DNA of 64,000 nucleotides from Botryllus schlosseri (Eukaryota): NCBI GenBank assembly GCA_051294905.1, contig CM119371.1, positions 15,376,001 to 15,440,000 of the forward strand, read 5' to 3'. Shown piece by piece: positions 26,441 to 34,923 of this stretch (position 1 is its first letter; each line of letters starts with the position of its first letter). The notes under the pieces were generated by a model. It saw only the letters and a program-made list of their open reading frames with translations, ran no database searches and was not told where the DNA came from. The position numbers and the translations under genes were made by a program.

Positions 26441-27000
26441 TCATTTATTTCGAAAAAGAGCATAATATATCAATGATATCATTGTGCGTCATTGCATCGA
26501 TTCACTTGCTGAAATCCTCCAGATTGATGTTTCGATGTCGCTTCACGAGTTCCATTCTTGTATCCATATATATCAACAAGCAGCTATGCAAATCCACAGC
26601 TTAGATAACTAGGACTCTTGTATGTCATTAACATTATAGACAGCCATTCGACGATATTCAACTGGCATTGATGCTTTCGATACAGCGCAGTATGTATAAC
26701 GTTACGCTGATCAATTCAATTTCAACAATGGGACCCGCGCACAATTATATGGTCGGATTTTCGTTGAATATTGACGACACCCACAAATCGAAAGATCTCT
26801 TTTTCCTGCACATCTATGATGCAATTATCCTTCCAATGACTACGAATAACTTGAGATTCCGCAGGATTAATATCCGAATCAAATAATACGAGCGTATCTT
26901 TTCCAGCTTTCAAAACTTGCACTGACGCGTTCGGTCTATGTCGCAACACTACAATATGTGGCCATACAAAACGATGTATAGTTATTTTTTGTAGTACCAT
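26441..27000 (-). pseudogene. Unknown accessory ORF B, decayed paralogue of ORF A
   Basis: 26395-26540 is clearly homologous to 24790-24940 (EDFSK*IDAMTHNDIIDI vs EDFSTRIDAITFNDIIDM). Weaker N-terminal similarity (LKAGKDTLVLFDS vs LAQGPYRKDLYLFND). Contains stops and frameshifts. Confidence 0.45.
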
Positions 27001-27517
27001 CCCTACGACTTATTTCAGATCGCAGTTTACTGAGTAGAGCTTAATACTAATACCTGCATAATTTTTGCATGTCTAGAATAAGGGTAATTAAATCGATAGT
27101 AAAACGCCAGCGGCGACTAATAACGTTATAATGTAAGCTGCGACGGTGCTACTATAATGTTAGGAGCTATTAAAGCCGAATACGCTGAAGTATAGCATAG
27201 ATTTTGCATATAAAATGTATACACAAATTTCCTGTTAAGGGTAGGCTCTGCGAAGCTGCTTATGCCTCGATGATCATAGTACTTATGAGCTATTGGATAG
27301 CGCATATACAATGTATCATATAGAACTTCGTCACTTTCGGATAGTACATATACCCCTGGGATAGAACTTAGACGCTATAAAGATCGATGTTCGCCTACGA
27401 ATTCTCGCTTTACTCATGTCGTAGGCTCGATAAATTGTAAGTTGCGGCGAGCAACTCATTTTTAAAGTCCCTAAGACGCTATTGAAATGAACTCTGACTC
27501 GCTATTATCCTCAAACC

Positions 27518-28354
27518 ATGGAATTATCACGAGTATCACCTTCGCTCACTGAAGAAAAGGATGAAATTACATCCGGAGCATATTCCTTGGCGAGGAATTA
27601 CATCATGTACGAACTCGACGGCTCATGCGTTAAGGCAAATACGAAAGCAGAGAGAACCTTACGGCGAGTTGGGGATGAAATGTTTGAGCGACACCGAACT
27701 ATCGTAAACGCGCTCTCCAAACGTCTTCGCTACTGTGATGTAGAAGTCGATGAAAAATATGAAGAATATTCACCCGACGAGCGAATGTTCCTGATGATAG
27801 CTGATGGAATTTTCAAAGATACCCAAGAAAATTGGGGTAGGATTGTCTCTCTTTTTGTGGTCGCTAGCATTCTTGCTCGGAATAAGGAGGATGAACATCG
27901 CGGTGATCATATAGAAGGTATCATACAGACAGTTGGGAGTTACATTGGTAGTAGAAGACGAAAGTGGATAGCGCAAAACGGAGGATGGGTAAGCGATTTT
28001 ACAAGCCTTACTAAGGATTTAGGAATTATTATCTATAGCTCGAGGTACTACGATCCCCAGAACCCTTATCATCCCTCGAACCTTAGATTCCACCTTATAA
28101 TTTTGTTCTCAACTTTTCCCACAAAGCACTGTAATTTACTTTCCAAGCGCAGCGAACTTCGAATTACCTAACAAGTAGGCTACGCTAACTTTCTGTAAGA
28201 TTTGGAAGGCTAACATTTTTTATTATTGTTTCAGGACAGTTTTGTAGGATATTTCGATAACACAACATTCGGTAGCAATAAAGTTTGGAAGAGCCTCATG
28301 TTTGTTGGAATTGGACTGACGTCTATTGCAATGGCATTAACACGACAGCGATAA
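27518..28354 (+). CDS. Bcl-2 family protein (anti-apoptotic type, Mcl-1/Bcl-2-like), spliced, 196 aa
   Basis: join(27518..27988,28235..28354). BH4-like LARNYIMYEL, BH3 LRRVGDEMF, BH1 IFKDTQENWGRIVSLF, BH2 WIAQNGGW|DSFVGYF. Donor GTAAGC at 27989, branch CTAAC at ~28210, polypyrimidine tract and CAG at 28232-28234. Exon 2 gives the TM tail VWKSLMFVGIGLTSIAMALTRQR. Confidence 0.93.
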
Positions 28355-28571
28355 GTAGAGCTCGAAACGGCTTCAGAAAATGGCCAACAAAACTTTCAAA
28401 GATTTCCATTCTTCAAAATAGATCGATCACGGATGGCGTCAATAGTGGTTTTCGGTGCCACGGGTGCGTATGTTTACGTATAAGCAATATCGAAGTGCTT
28501 TGAGTTATGGTTATTATAAAAGGATTGTGCTTGATGATGGAATTCATACATTGCCTTTATCTCTGTAATAA

Positions 28572-29189
28572 ATGGATCGAATACGTACATTGCATGCTCC
28601 GTTTCGGATGATCGTGGCTGGTCCGAGCAGTAGCGGGAAGAGTTATTTTACTTACGAGTTGGTGAAGAACGCAGAGAAGATGATTAGACCGGCTCCTGAA
28701 AAAATTGTATGGCTGTATAATAATTATCAGGCGTTGTACGATAAAATGAAAGGGGTAGAATTTTCGCAAGGGCTCTCCGAGCTCAAAAAGTTACAGAAAG
28801 GAAATAGGCACGTTCTCTTGGTGATCGACGACATGATGACGGAAGCGAAAGAGGCCAGAGATCTATTCACTCGATACAGCCACCACGCAAAGATTAGTGT
28901 CGTGTTCATATGTCAAAATTTGTTCTATAGGGGTCAAGGCTTTCGGGATATGACCTTGAGCGCGAGCTATATCGTGATATTTAAAAATCCCCGTGATGCG
29001 AGTCAAATCAGTTTTCTTTCACGTCAAATGTTCCCGGATAAAGCCGGATTCCTTACGGAGGCTTATAAAAAGGCAACTCGAAAACCGTTCTCGTACATAC
29101 TGGTTGACGTGACGCAAGAGACAGACGAAAATTATCGTCTTCGCAGCAAAATATTCCCACATCAAAAGTTGACGGTATATCAAGAATAA
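28572..29189 (+). CDS. A32/FtsK-like genome packaging ATPase (Polinton ATPase), intact
   Basis: Walker A GPSSSGKS, Walker B LLVIDD, and the motifs YSHHAKISVVFICQNLF and YIVIFKNPRD typical of Polinton ATPases. AATAAA overlaps the stop. Confidence 0.95.
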   Translation: MDRIRTLHAPFRMIVAGPSSSGKSYFTYELVKNAEKMIRPAPEKIVWLYNNYQALYDKMKGVEFSQGLSELKKLQKGNRHVLLVIDDMMTEAKEARDLFTRYSHHAKISVVFICQNLFYRGQGFRDMTLSASYIVIFKNPRDASQISFLSRQMFPDKAGFLTEAYKKATRKPFSYILVDVTQETDENYRLRSKIFPHQKLTVYQE

Positions 29190-29224
29190 ATACAGCTCGC
29201 GCTACAGATTTTAGGGCATTCAAC

Positions 29225-29633
29225 ATGTCGAAGAGGGGAAGTAACATATCTCGAAAACGATTGAGCGACTATCACGTTAAATTAAAACTTTTGAAAAACG
29301 CTAAAGGGAAACAACGAAAAGAACTTTTATCGAACAATCAATTTTTAAGTTGCGTTTGCCAGTGCGTTCATAACTTGGCTTCGGGGACAGTACGTATCTC
29401 CCCGTCTAGAAAGTTGAGGCTTGGAAAACACAAATCTGATATCAGACAATTGTTGGCGCAAAAAACTCGCAGAGGTCAACGGAGGGTGCTACAAAAGGGT
29501 GGATTCCTCTCAGGTATAAAATGATATGATAAAATAGAAACTTTTTTCTAATCAGTCTGTTTTAGCTATATTAGGCGCTGCAATCCCCGTCATCGGGAGT
29601 CTGTTGGGTAAACTTTTCGGGAAGAATGCGTGA
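29225..29633 (+). CDS. Basic core / cupiennin-like protein with spliced amphipathic C-terminal peptide
   Basis: join(29225..29513,29566..29633). 52-nt GT-AG intron with CTAAT branch at 29548-29552. Spliced C-terminus LQKGG|FLSAILGAAIPVIGSLLGKLFGKNA*. The stop overlaps the next ATG at 29626. Confidence 0.82.
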
Positions 29634-29964
29634 ACTACAATTCCCCGCATTTCGAAGCAAGGACGAATGGGAAAAGAAATGTGATAAACATATATCGAAA
29701 ATTAAAAGCTCTCCATTAAATGCTTCCGAGAAACTAGCTCTGTATAGGCATGGTATTGCTCAACTGAGAAACTTGAGAAAAGACGTAGACGCAGCGACCG
29801 CCCGCCCTCCCGCCGCACACACGGGGCTCGCGAGCCCCGTAGCGAAAGAAAAGCGCCCGCAAAAGAAACGCCCGCGCCGGATTCCACAACCTTCGTTTCC
29901 CTGGCTTTATAAGATACAGCGTGAGCCTAATCCCCGTATATACGGGAAAGAATGGGAGACGTAG
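29626..29964 (+). CDS. Basic Pro/Lys/Arg-rich Polinton accessory/core protein (112 aa)
   Basis: Overlaps both neighbours in compact viral fashion. LNASEKLALYRHGIAQL resembles the L...EK..LY...L motif of ORFs at this position in Polintons. NLS-like KKRPRR. Confidence 0.65.
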   Translation: MRELQFPAFRSKDEWEKKCDKHISKIKSSPLNASEKLALYRHGIAQLRNLRKDVDAATARPPAAHTGLASPVAKEKRPQKKRPRRIPQPSFPWLYKIQREPNPRIYGKEWET

Positions 29965-30949
29965 ACTATTTTGATCCGAAACAGCCCAAATCGTATAGGG
30001 GCGCTTATTTGCAAAAGGAAAAAGAATGGCTTAAAGGACAAGATACTTAGACTTTTCATTTTCCGTTACGTAAGAAATTTAGGCGTGAACGTGTAGTGGT
30101 CTCCGGTATCAATGCTCAGTTTCAGAGCGATTTGATGGATCTGCAATCTATTTCAAAGTACAATAGCGGTTTTCGTTTTGTGGTGGTGGTGATTGATATT
30201 TTTAGCAAATACCTTTGGATGATAGCGATTAAAAATAAAACTGCTTCAAGTATGATTTCTGCTTTCAAACGTGTGTTTCGTGAACGCGTACCGTTAGTGT
30301 TGCAAACCGATCAAGGTAGCGAATATACCAATCGCGCTTTCCAGAACTATCTAAAGGAGAACAAAGTTAGATATTTCTATACGAGGAGCGAATTGAAATC
30401 CTCTGTCGTTGAAAGGGTGATTCGTACTATGAAGGCGATTATGTATCGATTTTTCACAAAAAATAGCACGAGGAATTACGTGAGCGCTCTCGATGACTTT
30501 ACTTACTCCTACAACAGGACGTACCATCGTAGCATTGCCATGGCCCCAAACCAAGTGAATTCGTCTAATCAGGAATCGGTTTGGAGAAGACTTTACGGGT
30601 TTCAAGAAGCTAAACAACCCGACCTCGCTGTAGGAGTACCCGTCCGTATATCGAAAATTCGAAATCTTTTTGAGAAAAGCAGCCTACCCAACTGGCAACG
30701 GGAAATTTTCTATATCGCAGATGCCCAAAAGGGGATCCCCCAATGTATCGCTTACGTGATTACGGTGGTGAAGTCATCCAGCGTAGATTTTATAGAGAGG
30801 AGCTCCAACGCGTAAAAGAACCGCAAGCTTGGCGTGTCGAGAAGATTATAAGAAGGCGTAAACGCGCGGGACGAGAACAGTATTTAGTGCGCTGGTTGGG
30901 ATATGGAAGTGGATTCGACAGCTGGGTCGATAAGAAGGATATCGTCTAG
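29952..30949 (+). pseudogene. rve (retroviral-type) integrase with C-terminal chromodomain, disrupted
   Basis: Starts MGDVDYFDPKQPKSY. In-frame TAG at 30048-30050 where the consensus has Y (QDT*TFH). DDE triad QSD / QTDQGSE / VVERVIRTMK is intact. One -1 frameshift at GGGG 30731-30734. Chromodomain WRVEKIIRRR...YLVRWLGYGSGFDSWV. Confidence 0.93.
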
Positions 30950-31112
30950 TCGGAACCTTTATCAGTTTTTGGCGCAACTAGTAATCATACTGGTCATCGT
31001 ATCGTTCTCTCTCTATAATCTTACCATTTCGAATGGGAACAAAGAGCTTTGGATATCACTGCTCTCCTCTTGCGTTGGTTATATGCTCCAGAATCCCAAG
31101 CTCAAAATATGA
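30903..31112 (+). CDS. Small two-TM membrane protein
   Basis: FLAQLVIILVIVSFSLYNLT and LWISLLSSCVGYML are hydrophobic segments. Overlaps the integrase end and the penton ATG. The LW..LLSS..GY.L pattern resembles small ORFs I recall from Polintons. Start codon uncertain. Confidence 0.65.
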   Translation: MEVDSTAGSIRRISSSRNLYQFLAQLVIILVIVSFSLYNLTISNGNKELWISLLSSCVGYMLQNPKLKI

Positions 31113-31917
31113 GCTACGTCACGCTATTTTCGAACGCTTCCATGGATAAATTTCCTGATAATACAACAGCGAGTTATTGCGTTGAATTGGACGTCCCGAA
31201 AACGTGGAAGATACAGAAGTTTCTCTGGCTGAGATCTCCTTCCCTACGGATTATCAAAAACAGTATAGGATCACGAAGAATAGGTATGGGATCAGATCGC
31301 AAAAGAGAACAAGAAAATTTCATTTTAAATTGGGAGAATACGACTCGTTATATGACATGTATAGATCGTTGGAAAGAGACAATCCTGATGCAAAAGTAAC
31401 ATGTTTCCCTGAAAATCATAGTATGTCTATCTCTATACCTCATAACGAGGTAACCGACAAATTGCGACCAGAGACGGACATAGGGCATAGTAGCTTGCTA
31501 CGCCTCGGAGAATTGTACGGTGCTCTTATGCATAAGGAAACGAGGGAGGAGTTATTGGTGTTTCATTTCCCGAATACTAATTGTACATTGTGGAATTATT
31601 TTTTCACCGAGGGTATCATTCATTTGAACTTTCGCATGCGACATGATCCGACTATCGATCTCGTTTATGTTCATTGTAATATCATTGAGCCACAAGAAGA
31701 TAGCGGTAGGCTCTTACCGTTGTTACGCGTCGTACAGGTGAACAATCGTAAATCATTTTCGAAATATTACACGAAGCCTTTTTATTTCCCTGTTAATATA
31801 AATAGGCTAGAACGCATCGAAATATCGCTACTTGATGAGAAGGGACAGAAAATACCCTTTCGAAGTTCTCCTTCGAGTGTTGTATTGCATTTTCGTAGAC
31901 GGGGAGTTGCATTATGA
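31109..31917 (+). pseudogene. Minor capsid (penton, PX-like) 1, one frameshift
   Basis: N-terminus MSYVTLFSNASMDKFPDNT, then a -1 shift at ~31200 to EVSLAEISFP. C-terminal LVYVHCNIIEPQ...LLPLLRVV...IEISLLDEKGQKIPF...VVLHFRR is the Polinton minor-capsid signature. Confidence 0.88.
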
Positions 31918-32636
31918 AATATATTCATATTACGTCACACGAGTCTGATTTTACTATCGATCTCGCGAAACCGATAGATTCTGGTGAATGGGAGATAGGG
32001 CTTGCCGAGTTGTCTTTTAAAAATAATTTTCAGCCCACGTTCGAGCCTTACGACGGCTTATTATGGTACGTGAATGATGCGGAAGGCGATAATAATTTTT
32101 ATTATTTCCCGGCTGGTGATTATCATGATAAAATTAGTTTGATGAAGCGTATCAATCACGATCAGAAAAAAGCACGATTTATTTGGGTAGATGGTTCTGG
32201 TCCGGTCTTGATAGCGGGACCCTACAAGAGTTCCAGCGGTCCGAGACTTTTCATGGATAATAGAAACCCCGTTCTCAGAGGAGGCGCTCGTTCGGAGGTA
32301 GAGCTAGATGGTGGATTACATAGACGAAGAAAAATTCACTTTCAAGGGGAACCTGAGTCCGTGACCAACGTTTTAGTTTATACGGATGTAATCACACCTC
32401 AAATTGTAGGTGATACGAGTGCGCCTCTACTACGCAATATCCGCGTTACGACAGGAATAGATGAATATCAGCATATGCTATTCAAAAAAACATATTTCTT
32501 TCCTCTGAATACGGAGCGAGTAAGCGAGATACGCGTTATGCTTCGTGATGATAAAGGCGAAGCTATAAAGTTTGGGAACGCGCCTCTTCATCTCACACTT
32601 GCTTTGAGACATCATGAGGAGTCATTATTGCTGTGA
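31914..32636 (+). CDS. Minor capsid (penton, PX-like) 2, intact
   Basis: SGEWEIGLAELSF; VLVYTDVITPQIVGDTSAPLLRNI; IRVMLRDDKGEAIKF; LHLTLALR. ATGA overlap with penton 1. Confidence 0.92.
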   Translation: MKYIHITSHESDFTIDLAKPIDSGEWEIGLAELSFKNNFQPTFEPYDGLLWYVNDAEGDNNFYYFPAGDYHDKISLMKRINHDQKKARFIWVDGSGPVLIAGPYKSSSGPRLFMDNRNPVLRGGARSEVELDGGLHRRRKIHFQGEPESVTNVLVYTDVITPQIVGDTSAPLLRNIRVTTGIDEYQHMLFKKTYFFPLNTERVSEIRVMLRDDKGEAIKFGNAPLHLTLALRHHEESLLL

Positions 32637-32985
32637 TCGGGAGGCGTTCAGAAACTATTATCACCAACAGAGCGGTGGTGATATCAATTTTTTTCGGGGT
32701 AAAGTGCAGAGAGGTCATGGACTTGGAAACTTATTTCGTTCGTTCGGAAGAAGCGTTATGCCCCTAATTTCGAAAGGTGCAAAATCACTCGGCAAGCGTC
32801 TACTACATACCGGTGCGCAAGTAGCCTCTGATGTTCTTAATGGAGAGAATGTCGGCGATAGTCTTAAAATACGCGGAAAAGAAGCCGCTGGGAACGCTCT
32901 CGATTCTTTACTGAGAAAAATAAAAATGCCAAGACGGGGTCGTAAGATCACGAAAAAGAGACGTCGCAAAGATATTTTCGATTAA
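32614..32985 (+). CDS. Protease-processed core/membrane-active virion protein (GasderminX-like ORF of adintoviruses)
   Basis: YYHQQSGG...QRGHGLGNLFRSFGRSVMPLISKGAKSLGKRLLHTGAQVASDVLNGENVGDSLKIRG, with a basic tail KKRRRKDIF. Position between penton and major capsid is as in Polintons. Confidence 0.82.
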   Translation: MRSHYCCDREAFRNYYHQQSGGDINFFRGKVQRGHGLGNLFRSFGRSVMPLISKGAKSLGKRLLHTGAQVASDVLNGENVGDSLKIRGKEAAGNALDSLLRKIKMPRRGRKITKKRRRKDIFD

Positions 32986-33034
32986 ATATATATTACACGA
33001 CGATAAGCATCATTTGTTACTTGAGACTTGATAG

Positions 33035-34311
33035 ATGGCGGAGTTAATTCATGTACAGTCCCCGGAGGGGGTACATCCCTCATTGGATTTATTTCACATT
33101 CCCGCGACACAGACTAGCGTCGAAAAGAAAAGAATCATCAAGATAGCGCCGATTTCGAACAACTCTAGTGTGATAACATTCCGCTTCGAAGGCTCAGAAG
33201 ACTTTATCGATTTGAGCGAGAGCTATTTCTTATTTCATTTACAATTAAAGAAAGGTGGCGAAGCAATTGGCGCCGATGATGATGTTGGAGTTGTAAATAA
33301 TATCTTGGATTCCTTGATTTCTCAACTACAAATTAAAGTCGCTAACGAAACTTTGAAACAAGATATAAAAGTACAGTGTATTCGTCCTATCTGCACAATT
33401 TATTCACTCCGCTTGACGTGCAAAATACCACACAGAGGGCCGCAGGATGGAGAAAAGATACTTTGGGGAAAATGGATACGATCGGTGGAACTAACGCCTC
33501 GGCTAACAAAGGATATTACAACAGGAGTAAAGCCTATAAGGATGATAACGTGGTGGAAATACGTGCAAAAATCCATCACGGACTATGTCTGCAAGACCGC
33601 TACATCCTACATGACGTGCCTCTCGAGTTTGAGCTTACCTTGAATCCGAAAAGCTTTTTCATGATGGGAGATGCTGCCGGTCAATTCACCTTAACGAAAA
33701 AAGAATTACAGTTATGTACCGTACGAGTCAGCGACGATGTGAAGACAGCGATGATGGTGAATGCTCAGGTGAAATATCCGTATATCGACATGAAATTGAT
33801 CACCCGCACATTTGCGGCTGCTACGACGCAGATAGATATCGGGAATCTATATAGCGGGACTCTACCTTCTCGCCTAATCATCGGAATGGTAGCTACGAAA
33901 GCCTTTCAAGGCGATGTTACGAAAAATCCTTATGATTTCATACACAATAATATGCAACGACTCGAACTGAAACTGAACGGATTTCTGATTCCGGAGGGAG
34001 GTTATGAGCTAGATTTCGATAAGGTTCATTACACGGAGCTTTACCATAACCTGATTGAAGGTACGGGTGCAATGGAGAAAAACAGAGGGCTCCTAACGCC
34101 CTAAGAGTTCGCTAGTGGTTTCTGTCTACTGGTTTATAATTTGCGCCCTGATGATTTGGATGATTGCTTTGACTTACAAAAGAGTGGTACCTTAAGTTTA
34201 CGGATCACATTTCCTGTTGGCGGGCTAACAGCGGAAACTACTTTGCTCTGTTTCATGGAATTCCAGAAGCTATTTCAAATCAGTAGCAGTCGTAAAGTGA
34301 CCGTGCTATGA
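33035..34311 (+). pseudogene. Major capsid protein (double jelly-roll, PY/hexon-like), disrupted
   Basis: LDLFHIPATQTSVE, FIDLSESY, VGVVNNILDSLISQ. -1 frameshift at ~33365-33376 and premature TAA at 34102-34104. Read-through gives EFASGFCLLVYNLRPD...KSGTLSLRITF...EFQKLFQISSSRKV, ending TGA at 34309-34311 over the protease ATG. Confidence 0.92.
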
Positions 34312-34763
34312 ACGGAGATGAAATAGACCAAATATTGTGGTGCTGCGAGTCAACAAAACATATTTTCCTTGGCACATTTCCTATCGATCGACTGCCGAGG
34401 CGACCCCCTCCTCCTTATGCTATCGTGATCAATTATGACGAAGCTCGAAAAATCGGAAGTCACTGGATATGCATTTACGCGGATGAGGATGAGACACATT
34501 TTCACGATAGCTTTGGCTTAATGCCGCTGAAATACGAGATTGCGTGCTTTATAGAACCAGAAAATTATACCTGCTCCATAAAGCGTCTGCAGCACAAACG
34601 TTCCAGAGCGTGCGGTCATCATTGTCTAAGCTTTATCGTCCATAAGGCGCGCGGATGGAACACGGAACGTTATTTAAATTCCTTTGGCCAAAATCACCGC
34701 AAGAATGATACGATCGTACGTCGCTTCGTCAAGGAGCTGAAGCAAGAAAATGAAATTGTATAA
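34308..34763 (+). CDS. Adenain-type (C5) cysteine protease, intact
   Basis: GSHW (His), FHDSFG (Asp), RLQ (oxyanion Gln), ACGHHC (Cys). AATAAA at ~34775. Confidence 0.95.
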   Translation: MNGDEIDQILWCCESTKHIFLGTFPIDRLPRRPPPPYAIVINYDEARKIGSHWICIYADEDETHFHDSFGLMPLKYEIACFIEPENYTCSIKRLQHKRSRACGHHCLSFIVHKARGWNTERYLNSFGQNHRKNDTIVRRFVKELKQENEIV

Positions 34764-34923
34764 ATGTATATGCGAATAAAAATCAATAGTTTCAAAGTTT
34801 GCTTAGTACGTTTAAGGGTGATATTCGCTACGTTCATTATAGCAATCATCTCAAAGTAGTAGACTCTAAATCAGCAGTAGCGACTTGCTTTCGGTTAGGT
34901 GATAGTGGCTACATATTACCATT

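Noticed and set aside
25363-28354. Host domestication of Bcl-2/IAP because they are intact while core genes are broken
   Set aside because: About 5 lesions in ~6.2 kb of core CDS predicts about 1 lesion in ~1.2 kb of cargo CDS, so zero lesions has probability around 0.4. Not significant.
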